Source of the DNA: a candidate division WOR-3 bacterium
Lineage (GTDB): Bacteria > Hydrothermota > Tepidihabitantia > Tepidihabitantales > CAIPLT01
NCBI GenBank assembly: GCA_965649215.1
Contig: CBFGJZ010000011.1
Coordinates: 22,583 to 49,064 of the forward strand
Reading direction: 5' to 3'
DNA: 26,482 bases
A program made the position numbers and the translations under genes. Shown piece by piece: positions 18,310 to 26,482 of the stretch; within the stretch, counting starts at the first letter, position 1, and each line of letters opens with the position of its first letter. The notes below the pieces were generated by a model. It was not told where the DNA came from. It saw nothing but the letters and a program-made list of their open reading frames with translations, and did no database searches.

Positions 18310-20771
18310 TAATTTGTATTGTCGCCAGGTTTTATTCCTGCTTGTGTTGCTTCAATAGTTGGTTTTAAGGTTTTAAAAATAAGACCTTCATTGGCGCGTT
18401 CAACTTTGATTATGGAACCTGCAGGAAAATTGTTCTTCAATAATTCCTCAGAAAGAGGATCTTCTAATAAGCGACGTAATGCTCTCTTAATAGGTCGTGC
18501 TCCAAATTCAGGATCAAATCCTTGTTCGACTAATAAATCTTTCGCACTTTTATCTAATTGAATATATAAATTTTTACTTTTTAATCTTTCGGTTATTTCA
18601 CGAATTTGGATATCAACAATTTTTTCCATTTGATTTCTATCTAAAGATTTAAAGACAATAATTTCATCAACTCGGTTTAAAAATTCGGGTCTGAAAACCT
18701 TTTTAACTTCTAATAATAATTTTTCTTTAATTTTTTCATAACTATCGGTTTCTGAAATTGCATGAAATCCTAACGAAGCTGCCTTTTTAATTTCTGCAGT
18801 GGCAATATTGGAAGTCATAATTATAACAGCATTCTTAAAACTTACTTTGCGACCAAGAGAATCGGTAAGTTGACCATCTTCTAAAATTTGGAGAAGAATA
18901 TTAAAAACGTCAGGGTGTGCTTTTTCAATTTCATCAAACAATACTACTGAATATGGTTTTCTTCTCACTTTCTCAGTAAGTTGACCACCTTCTTCATAAC
19001 CAACATATCCTGGGGGAGCTCCAACGAGACGTGAAACATTAAATTTTTCCATGTATTCACTCATATCAAATCGTATCAGAGCATCCTCATTACCGAATAA
19101 GAAACGAGCAAGTACACGAGCTAGTTCTGTTTTGCCAACGCCTGTCGGTCCCAAAAAGATAAAAGAGCCAATCGGACGTTGAGGATCTTTAATGCCTGCC
19201 CTACTACGTCGGATAGCTTTGGCGATTGCTTCAATGGCGTGTTCTTGTCCAACAATCCACTCAGCTAAATCTTTTTCCATATTGAGAAGACGTAGTTGTT
19301 CATTTTCTTCTAATTTTGTTATCGGAATTGATGACCAATTTGCAACAACACATGCAATATCTTCTTCATTGACAACCGGAAAATTACCTTCTTTTTCCCA
19401 GGTAATTCTTTTCTTTTTTAATAATTCAATAAGGTTTTTTTGTTCATCTCGTAGTTCTGCAGCAAGTTCAAATTTTTGTTGTTTTATTGCTTCTTCTTTT
19501 GCTTTTTTAGTTTTTTCAATCTTCTTTTCAATTTCGTCTAATTCTGGATTAATCATAGCACGCATAAGTTTAACCCGTGAACCTGCTTCATCAAGAACAT
19601 CAATAGCTTTATCCGGTAAAAATCGATCGGTTATATACCTATCAGCCAAGTAAGCGGCTGATTTGATAGCTGATTCGGTATAGATTACTTTATGATGTAA
19701 CTCATACTTTTCTTTTAACCCCATAAGGATACGAATTGTTTCATCTACTGAAGGAGGTTCCACAATAATGGGTTGGAATCGTCGTTCTAACGCCGAATGT
19801 TTTTCAATGTATCGTCGATATTCTTCTAAAGTAGTAGCCCCAATACATTGTATTTCACCTCTTGCCAGTGCCGGTTTTAAAATGTTTGAGGCATCAATTG
19901 ATCCTTCGGCAGCGCCTGCTCCAACAATTGTATGTAATTCGTCAATAAAAATAATATTATCACCCTGAGTAGTGATTTCATTTATAATTGCTTTAAGTCT
20001 TTCTTCGAATTGACCTCGATATTTGGTTCCTGCAACTATAGCCGCAATATCTAATGCAAGAACACGCTTATTTTTCAATACACTTGGTATACGACCATTT
20101 ACTATTCTTTGAGCCAATCCTTCCACAATCGCTGTTTTCCCAACTCCAGCCTCACCAATTAACACGGGGTTATTCTTTTTGCGTCGGGCTAATATTTGAA
20201 TGAGTCTTTCAATTTCTCTTTCCCGACCAATGATTGGATCTAATTTATCTTCTTTAGCTAATTGAGTCAAATCTCGTGAAAAAGTGTCTAAGGCGGGTGT
20301 TTTAGTCTTTGGTTTTTTAACTTGTTCTTTAACTAAGCCATTTAAAATTCGAAGTGTCTCTTGACGAACAATTTCTAATTCTAATCCAAGGGATTGTAAA
20401 ATTTGAGCACCTAAACTACGATCTTCTTTTAGAATACCCAATAAAATATGTTCGGTACCAATATAAGAATGATTCATTCGTCGGGCTTCTTCTACTGCCC
20501 AATTCAACGCTGAACGAGCTTCTTGATTATATGGAATATTACCTAAAACTAATGTTTTTGTTCCATAATTTATGGCATTTTCAATTGTTTGTTGTAAATC
20601 TTCAAGATTAACACCTAATTCATTTAATACCATTACCGCAACGCCTTCTCCTTCTTTTAGAAGACTTAAAAGAATGTGTTCAGTACCGATATATTCACTA
20701 TGCAAACGAATAGCTTCTTGTTTTGCTAAGTTAAGAATTTTTCGTACTCGTTCTGTGAATTTATCTTGCAT
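18309..20771 (-). CDS. clpC: ATP-dependent Clp protease ATPase ClpC
   Basis: Two Clp-N repeats (IGTEHILL), Walker A GEAGVGKT and [11 protein letters not shown]-like M domain (FELAAELRD), ClpP-docking LGF. Confidence 0.96.
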   Translation of the reverse strand: MQDKFTERVRKILNLAKQEAIRLHSEYIGTEHILLSLLKEGEGVAVMVLNELGVNLEDLQQTIENAINYGTKTLVLGNIPYNQEARSALNWAVEEARRMNHSYIGTEHILLGILKEDRSLGAQILQSLGLELEIVRQETLRILNGLVKEQVKKPKTKTPALDTFSRDLTQLAKEDKLDPIIGREREIERLIQILARRKKNNPVLIGEAGVGKTAIVEGLAQRIVNGRIPSVLKNKRVLALDIAAIVAGTKYRGQFEERLKAIINEITTQGDNIIFIDELHTIVGAGAAEGSIDASNILKPALARGEIQCIGATTLEEYRRYIEKHSALERRFQPIIVEPPSVDETIRILMGLKEKYELHHKVIYTESAIKSAAYLADRYITDRFLPDKAIDVLDEAGSRVKLMRAMINPELDEIEKKIEKTKKAKEEAIKQQKFELAAELRDEQKNLIELLKKKRITWEKEGNFPVVNEEDIACVVANWSSIPITKLEENEQLRLLNMEKDLAEWIVGQEHAIEAIAKAIRRSRAGIKDPQRPIGSFIFLGPTGVGKTELARVLARFLFGNEDALIRFDMSEYMEKFNVSRLVGAPPGYVGYEEGGQLTEKVRRKPYSVVLFDEIEKAHPDVFNILLQILEDGQLTDSLGRKVSFKNAVIIMTSNIATAEIKKAASLGFHAISETDSYEKIKEKLLLEVKKVFRPEFLNRVDEIIVFKSLDRNQMEKIVDIQIREITERLKSKNLYIQLDKSAKDLLVEQGFDPEFGARPIKRALRRLLEDPLSEELLKNNFPAGSIIKVERANEGLIFKTLKPTIEATQAGIKPGDNTN

Positions 20772-20776
20772 ACATA

Positions 20777-20805
20777 ATTTTATGATGATTTAAAATAAAA
20801 GTCAA
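20777..20805 (-). promoter_or_regulatory. Putative sigma70-type promoter of clpC-bamA (leaderless)
   Basis: Minus strand TTGACT-17 nt-TAAAAT-5 nt-ATG; no SD. Confidence 0.6.
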
Positions 20806-20861
20806 GAGAAGTCCTTAAAAGATGAATATTGGGTTTATATTGATTTAACTACTTAACTTGT

Positions 20862-21545
20862 TTAGTTTTTTTTGCTGCTTAAAAATTTTAAATTACTAAA
20901 TTTAGGAAAAAATAATGGGACATATTTTTTATAAGTGTCATAATCTTTTGGATATAGTGCATATAGTGCTTTTTCTTCAATTTTTATTTGTTGATAGATT
21001 AATCCTAATCCTAATGTTACACTAATAAATATCCCTAAATAAGAATTAAAGATCAAAGGCACAGCAATGCTCTGTAAGAATGTTGCAAAATAGCGTGGGT
21101 GACGGCAAAGATTAAATGTTCCACTTTTAATTATTTTGTTTGAAGATGATTTAAGTATTTCGAAAAGCGTAATCCAACGAAATACCGTACCGATTATAAA
21201 TAATAATATTCCCAAAATATTAAGGTACGGATAGCTTAAAGGAATTTGAGTTTTATTTAACGAAACATAATCAGTTATTGAGTAAATTACTAATAAATAA
21301 AAGAATATTGAAAATGAAAAACGAATAGAGTGTGGAATTGTTACCAAACCTGATTGAAAAAAAGGCGAACCAAAATAATATTCTACTGCCATCCAAAAAA
21401 CTAATACAATAGAAAAAAATATTGGAATCGTTGATTGGCTCTGATTTAGGGAATTAAAAAAGTTACGAAAAAAATTAAAAAAATACCACGTAACAAATAA
21501 AGTCCATAATAAACGAAACAAATTAAATTTTTTTATCAATGCCAT
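20862..21545 (-). CDS. Isoprenylcysteine carboxyl methyltransferase (ICMT/PEMT) family membrane protein
   Basis: Multi-TM; GTFNLCRHPRY, IKIEEKAL and YDTYKKYVP motifs. Confidence 0.8.
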   Translation of the reverse strand: MALIKKFNLFRLLWTLFVTWYFFNFFRNFFNSLNQSQSTIPIFFSIVLVFWMAVEYYFGSPFFQSGLVTIPHSIRFSFSIFFYLLVIYSITDYVSLNKTQIPLSYPYLNILGILLFIIGTVFRWITLFEILKSSSNKIIKSGTFNLCRHPRYFATFLQSIAVPLIFNSYLGIFISVTLGLGLIYQQIKIEEKALYALYPKDYDTYKKYVPLFFPKFSNLKFLSSKKN

Positions 21546-21547
21546 TT

Positions 21548-22354
21548 TTATTTTTGTTTATGTTTATTAATAATTTTTGAAATTATTGAATCCTCAGATA
21601 CATTAGTTAATTGTATTGTTGATTTTTTTATTTCGATTAGTCGTCGATAATTTTCATCAAAAATTATTTCTAATTGATAAATGTTATTATTCTCATTGTT
21701 ATGATTTATATAAAAACTAGTACGAGATGGGGCCCCTAATATTATATCAAGAGGGAAATTTATTGTATCTTGCGTATTGGTCATCAGACAAAGTAAATCA
21801 ACTCGATTTGTTAATAAAGGTATCAATTTTTTTATTGTATATTCAGGATTTTGTAATTCAAGATTGTTTTGTTTTAGAATACTGGAATTGATTGTGTCAA
21901 AAATAAGACCAATAATTCCAATTTTTAAATTGTTAATTTGCTTTATTAAATATTCATATCCCAAAAAACTATTAGTATAATTGATTTTAATATTTGCTGC
22001 AAACCAATAGAAATTACTTTTTTTAATTAATTTTTGAATATTTTCAGTGTTGTTCTCAATTATGGGAGAAGGAAATAAAATAGCATCAACTTGTGATTTA
22101 TTTAAAATATCGATAATTAATTGGTTTTGTATCGTATCAGAAGAAAAAGGCAGATCATTATTTATTAGTGCAATAGTTGGATGCTCTGTTATTTTATTTT
22201 TAATGACAGTTACTATTTGGGTAGAATTTTCTAACTTCCAATTTGTTATATATATAATATAAAATCTATTATACGTCGTTTTAATTTTCGTTTGTTCAAC
22301 GCATTGAATAAAAGAAAAACAAATTATTAAAATTGGTAATAATTTCTTTATCAT
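21548..22354 (-). CDS. Putative exported/lipoprotein with a degenerate 5'-nucleotidase-type metallophosphoesterase domain
   Basis: Signal peptide ending FIQC; scaffold motifs FYWFAANI, NNLKIGIIGL, VDLLCLMT and DIILGA, but metal ligands absent. Confidence 0.55.
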   Translation of the reverse strand: MIKKLLPILIICFSFIQCVEQTKIKTTYNRFYIIYITNWKLENSTQIVTVIKNKITEHPTIALINNDLPFSSDTIQNQLIIDILNKSQVDAILFPSPIIENNTENIQKLIKKSNFYWFAANIKINYTNSFLGYEYLIKQINNLKIGIIGLIFDTINSSILKQNNLELQNPEYTIKKLIPLLTNRVDLLCLMTNTQDTINFPLDIILGAPSRTSFYINHNNENNNIYQLEIIFDENYRRLIEIKKSTIQLTNVSEDSIISKIINKHKQK

Positions 22355-22363
22355 TAATATATG

Positions 22364-22391
22364 ATTATATTAAGGTAGGCAATAAAGTCAA
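22364..22391 (-). promoter_or_regulatory. Putative sigma70-type promoter (very short or no leader)
   Basis: Minus strand TTGACT-16 nt-TATAAT-9 nt-ATG(22354); no SD. Confidence 0.55.
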
Positions 22392-22417
22392 CCCATACTG
22401 CTAAAATAATAACTATA

Positions 22418-22446
22418 TTGACAGATGATTGGTTTTTGAGTAGGTT
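22418..22446 (+). promoter_or_regulatory. Putative promoter of tldD-pmbA (leadered)
   Basis: TTGACA-17 nt-TAGGTT; SD AAGGAG a few nt before TTG 22498. Confidence 0.45.
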
Positions 22447-22497
22447 AAGTAGTTGTGTAAAGCAAATGAACAAAATAAAATTTAAAAAGGAGAAAAA

Positions 22498-23880
22498 TTG
22501 ATTACTTTATTGAAAAGTTTGTTAGGATATTTCAGTGATATGGAATACGGAGAATTACGTTTTCATGAGCGAATTGTAACCGGTATTTCTATTCGCCAAG
22601 GAGAGTTAGAAGCACTAACAACCAATATTTACGGAGGGATTGGTATTCGTACTCTGTATCAAGGAGGATGGGGCTTTTCGTCAACCAGCCGTAACAATGA
22701 ACAAGAAATTAAACAAGCAATACATGACGCATGTAAAGCAGCAATGATTTCAAGCAAAGGTAAATATCATAAAAATGTGAGATTAGCAAAAGCAAATTTA
22801 GCAAAGGGAAAATTTGAAGTACAAATAAACGATCATTTGTCCAATCATTCAATAGAGGAGAAATTTTTATTAGTTAGAGAGACTGAGAGTAAGTTGCGAA
22901 AATCGTCTCCAATAGTTCAATCAGCAAGTGTGTCTTATATTGAACGGTTGGAAAGAAAATTTATTGTTACAACTGATGGTGCAGAATGTGAAATAATTGA
23001 CTCTAAACCAGAATTTATAATTTTTATTGTTGCTAGCAACGGTAATGATATAGTTGAGTCATTGGAAGCGAGAGGAGTAACAGGAGGGTGGATAGACTTG
23101 TTTGGAGATAAACCAGTGGAAACATTTATTGAAAATGCAATAAAACGGGCAGAGAATCTTTTAAAAGCAGGTTATATTCAGGGAGAACGAGCAACGGTAA
23201 TATTAGATCCTGGTTTAGTTGGTTTAATTTCACATGAAGCAATTGGACACACTGTTGAAGCAGATTTCGTTTCTTCTGGTGCAATTACGAAGAGCAAACG
23301 TGGTCAAAGAGTCGCAAGTGAACTAGTAACTTTATTTGATTCTGGTAACGAAGGGAAAGCGGGAGGCACAATTTTAGTTGATGACGAAGGGGTTATAACG
23401 AAGAAAGTAATTATTATTGAGAACGGTATTTTAAAATCATATTTACACAATCGTGAAAGTGCATATGAATATGGAGTAGAACCAACTGGAAATGCAAGAG
23501 CATATGAATATTCCGATGAACCTATTATTAGAATGCGTAATACTGGGATAATGCCTGGCACAAGTAGTTTAGACGAAATTATTAGCAATACAAAAAATGG
23601 TTATTTGCTGAAAGGTGCAAAAGGTGGCCAAGCAGATGCCAATGCAGAGTTTATGTTTGGGGTTCAAGAAGCATACCGCATCACAAATGGTAAAGTCTGT
23701 GAATTATTACGAGGGGCAACTGTTTCAGGACAAGCATTCGATGTTTTAATGAGCGTAGATGCAATAAGCAATGACTTCGCATGGGATATGGGATTTGGTC
23801 ATTGTGGTAAGTGGCAGGCAGCAAAAGTTGATGGCGGTGGTCCTTATATTAGATGTCAAGCAATTATAGGAGGTCGGTAA
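22498..23880 (+). CDS. tldD: TldD metalloprotease, catalytic subunit
   Basis: GWGFSST, HEAIGH zinc motif, DDEG, TGNARA, PIIRMRNT, GHCGK. Confidence 0.92.
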   Translation: MITLLKSLLGYFSDMEYGELRFHERIVTGISIRQGELEALTTNIYGGIGIRTLYQGGWGFSSTSRNNEQEIKQAIHDACKAAMISSKGKYHKNVRLAKANLAKGKFEVQINDHLSNHSIEEKFLLVRETESKLRKSSPIVQSASVSYIERLERKFIVTTDGAECEIIDSKPEFIIFIVASNGNDIVESLEARGVTGGWIDLFGDKPVETFIENAIKRAENLLKAGYIQGERATVILDPGLVGLISHEAIGHTVEADFVSSGAITKSKRGQRVASELVTLFDSGNEGKAGGTILVDDEGVITKKVIIIENGILKSYLHNRESAYEYGVEPTGNARAYEYSDEPIIRMRNTGIMPGTSSLDEIISNTKNGYLLKGAKGGQADANAEFMFGVQEAYRITNGKVCELLRGATVSGQAFDVLMSVDAISNDFAWDMGFGHCGKWQAAKVDGGGPYIRCQAIIGGR

Positions 23881-25208
23881 TGATTGAATTAGGAGAAAAA
23901 GCGGTAAAAAAAGCTTTGGAATTAGGTGCTGATGAAGTAGAAGTTTTTATTAATAAAGGAAAGTTATTTTATGTTTCTTTAGAGGCAAATGACATAAAAT
24001 TAACGAAAAGTCAAATTTCTGATGGCGTGGGCATACGAGTATTTAAAAATAAAGGACTAGGATTTGCTTCAATTAATAATTTAACATCAGAAAAAGTTTT
24101 ACAAGCAGTTTCTGATGCTGTACGATTGGCTTTTTTAGCGCCTACTGATGAAGCAAATCAATTACCGCTACCAAGTGAACAAATTTTATTCATTAGAGAT
24201 ATTTATGATCCCCAAGTTGAAAATCTAACAATGTTTGATATTTTAAATTATGCCTCAACATTACTAAACTTTATTCTAAACTATGATTCTCGGATTTTAA
24301 TAGATAGTGGTATTTTTTCGATTTCTTTTGGAGAAAGTGCAATTATATCTTCAACTGGTATTAAAGTTTGTGAAAAACGAAGTTATATCGAATATGGTAT
24401 AATGGGTATGGCCAAAGATAAAGAGGAAGTTTCTTGTTTCCAATACGAATTCGATAGTACAAGAACAATAAAAGATATTAATGTGACTAAGACAGGTGAG
24501 AATTTTGTTAAGAAAGTACTTACATCTTTAGGAGCACAAAAAGGTGAAAGTTTTAAAGGAACAATCATTATTGAACCAGAAGTTTTCAGTGAATTACTTG
24601 GTGTTGTGTTGAACGCTGTTTCAGCTAATAATGTGCAAAAAAGAATGAGTCGCTGGAGTGAAAAACTTCAGCAAAAGGTCCTTTCTGATTTACTAACAAT
24701 TGAAGATAACGCAACTATACCGGGTGGTGTGGCATCAAGTTCTTTTGATCGGGAGGGAATTGCGAGACAACCAATAACAATTATTAATAAAGGAGTGCTT
24801 ATAAATTATCTTTATAATAGCTACTGTGCCAATAAAGACAAACGATTATCAACTGGTCATGCTACTGGTTCGACCCGTTCTATTCCCCAAATTGGTGTCT
24901 CAAACGTTTTAGTGTCAGCGGGAGAAAAAAAATATAGTGATTTAATTAAAGAGATAAAAAGAGGAGTGTATATTACAAGACTTTCATTTCAACCAAATCC
25001 AATCAGTGGGGATTTCGCAGGGGTTGTTAAAGGTGGATTTCTAATTGAGGATGGAGTTTTTAAAAAGCCACTTATTGAGACTATGATCGCAGGAAATATA
25101 TTTCATTTTCTAAATCAAATTTCTGGTCTATCATTGGAGCGAAAGAAAGTCGGCAGTTACCTATTACCTTTCTGTCGAATTGAAGACGTTTCTATAACAA
25201 GTGGCTAA
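23880..25208 (+). CDS. pmbA: PmbA/TldE non-catalytic subunit
   Basis: GVGIRVF, SSSFDREG, STGHA, SGDF, GFLIEDG; lacks HExxH; SD GGAGG and TAATG overlap with tldD. Confidence 0.9.
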   Translation: MIELGEKAVKKALELGADEVEVFINKGKLFYVSLEANDIKLTKSQISDGVGIRVFKNKGLGFASINNLTSEKVLQAVSDAVRLAFLAPTDEANQLPLPSEQILFIRDIYDPQVENLTMFDILNYASTLLNFILNYDSRILIDSGIFSISFGESAIISSTGIKVCEKRSYIEYGIMGMAKDKEEVSCFQYEFDSTRTIKDINVTKTGENFVKKVLTSLGAQKGESFKGTIIIEPEVFSELLGVVLNAVSANNVQKRMSRWSEKLQQKVLSDLLTIEDNATIPGGVASSSFDREGIARQPITIINKGVLINYLYNSYCANKDKRLSTGHATGSTRSIPQIGVSNVLVSAGEKKYSDLIKEIKRGVYITRLSFQPNPISGDFAGVVKGGFLIEDGVFKKPLIETMIAGNIFHFLNQISGLSLERKKVGSYLLPFCRIEDVSITSG

Positions 25209-25338
25209 TTTATAACGATCCGAAATAATATTTAATGTTATTTTGACAGAAACATTAAAATATCTTATTAAATAAAATAGATATTAAAAAGTAAAACACT
25301 ATATTATTTTGTTGAATGAAATAGATTATTTACGAAAT

Positions 25339-25677
25339 TTATGAAAATATACTTCCTTGAGTTTCATTTTCCCATACTTCTACTTTTGTAACTGGATATT
25401 TTTTCTTAAGTTTATAATAAAAATATTTAGCAAGATTTTCTGTGGTTGGATTAAATTTAAAAATATCATTTAAACATTTATGGTCAGGAATAATTAAAGA
25501 GAGGTAATCTTTAATTTCATGAAAATCATACAACATACCAGATTTAGGAAGTTGTTTTTTAGAGATATGAACAACGATTTGATAGTTATGGCCATGTAAT
25601 TGTTCACATTTACCATGATAATTCTTTAAATAATGAGCAGCACTAAAGTGTTTTTTAATAATTATCGTAAAAGGCAT
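25339..25677 (-). CDS. queD: 6-carboxytetrahydropterin synthase
   Basis: FSAAH, CEQLHGHNY, PTTENLA, VWEN motifs. Confidence 0.92.
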   Translation of the reverse strand: MPFTIIIKKHFSAAHYLKNYHGKCEQLHGHNYQIVVHISKKQLPKSGMLYDFHEIKDYLSLIIPDHKCLNDIFKFNPTTENLAKYFYYKLKKKYPVTKVEVWENETQGSIFS

Positions 25678-25697
25678 TATATTAAATTTAAATATTA

Positions 25698-25770
<73 letters not shown>

Positions 25771-25771
25771 A

Positions 25772-26482
25772 CTATTTTGTAAGAATTAATTTCTTCGTTG
25801 TTTTATAGTTCGATGTCTCTAAAGTATAGAAATAGATACCTTCTGCAACCGCTCGATCAGCTTCATCTCGACCATTCCATATCACATTATAAATTCCGCT
25901 CTCATGTTCACTATTCACCAAAGTCTTCACTAACCTACCTGAAGCATCATATACCATCAAGCGCACTCTCGTCGGCTCGGCTATGCTATAGCTAATCTTG
26001 GCTAACCCATTGGTCACCGGATTCGGCTTCGGCGCATATAACATCGTTATCAACGGTGTTGTATTAAGATTACTCGGTTCCTCAATCGCCATTCCACTAA
26101 TTGTCAATCGGATATTCGGTCGATTTAAAGTCGCAGTCAAACTTGTCGGCGCACTCGCATCTGATGCCGCCTGTCGAGTCCGATTCACAGTTGTCGCGGT
26201 ATAACGCCAATACGGACATACTGTCGTCGAAATCCATGCCTGATAACCCTTTACCACCAACACCGCTAAATTGTCGGTATTATTATACACAAACGGTGTC
26301 GTTAATGCTACCTCCATCCATCCCTCCGGCGCATTGTTCGGATATGAACCACTATACACCTCAGTATACCCTGTCGTTGAATACACGCCACTCGCCAAGG
26401 TCTGTTCAGTCGTATGCTTTAAATAAATCGTCACATTCTCAATCGGATCCACATTACTACCCGAATGCTTATAATATGCAAT
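25772..26482 (-). CDS. Secreted protein with C-terminal FlgD-Ig/T9SS type-A-like sorting domain, 3' part only
   Basis: Frame stays open to the window edge (IAYYKHSGSNV precedes the tracked ORF); tail PKPNP...VYDASGRLVKTL...WNGRD...GIYFYTL...KKLILTK. Confidence 0.85.
   Translation of the reverse strand: MAYYKHSGSNVDPIENVTIYLKHTTEQTLASGVYSTTGYTEVYSGSYPNNAPEGWMEVALTTPFVYNNTDNLAVLVVKGYQAWISTTVCPYWRYTATTVNRTRQAASDASAPTSLTATLNRPNIRLTISGMAIEEPSNLNTTPLITMLYAPKPNPVTNGLAKISYSIAEPTRVRLMVYDASGRLVKTLVNSEHESGIYNVIWNGRDEADRAVAEGIYFYTLETSNYKTTKKLILTK

Noticed and set aside
19192-19653. 153-aa plus-strand ORF and other short ORFs inside clpC, ino1, tldD, pmbA, ndk and the module genes
   Set aside because: Antisense or alternate-frame shadows of well-supported genes, with no recognisable motifs.
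25243-25275. Plus-strand promoter antisense to queD (TTGACA at 25243)
   Set aside because: No good TAnnnT at 16-18 nt spacing and no downstream ORF; likely chance in AT-rich DNA.

Overview
AT-rich (about 30% GC by eye) chromosomal window from a diderm bacterium. It is probably an FCB-associated candidate lineage such as WOR-3, inferred from the C25 peptidase, the T9SS-like C-terminal tails and the clpC-bamA linkage; this is not proven. Most genes are housekeeping: pyrG-lptC-lptA-lptB(partial), ndk, ogt, an MBL-fold hydrolase, ino1, tmk, ctpA, clpC-bamA, an ICMT-family methyltransferase, tldD-pmbA, queD and tRNA-Thr(CGT). The best novelty candidate is an uncharacterised, translationally coupled four-gene membrane module (7729-11069, first gene FN3 plus DUF6754-like) directly behind a secreted gingipain-family protease. 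Its subunits appear to form oppositely oriented pairs, suggesting an undescribed transporter or membrane complex. Other notable signals are: (i) seven genes with sigma70-like promoters ending 5-9 nt before the start codon and no SD, implying leaderless mRNAs; (ii) Lpt and Bam genes without the kds/skp/lpx genes usually embedded at those loci; (iii) a degenerate 12-bp-period array with a 21-bp palindrome at 11175-11360; (iv) a 5'-nucleotidase-like protein that has lost its catalytic motifs; (v) a higher-GC secreted-protein gene ending 1 nt before the tRNA. No CRISPR array, transposase or integrase was seen.
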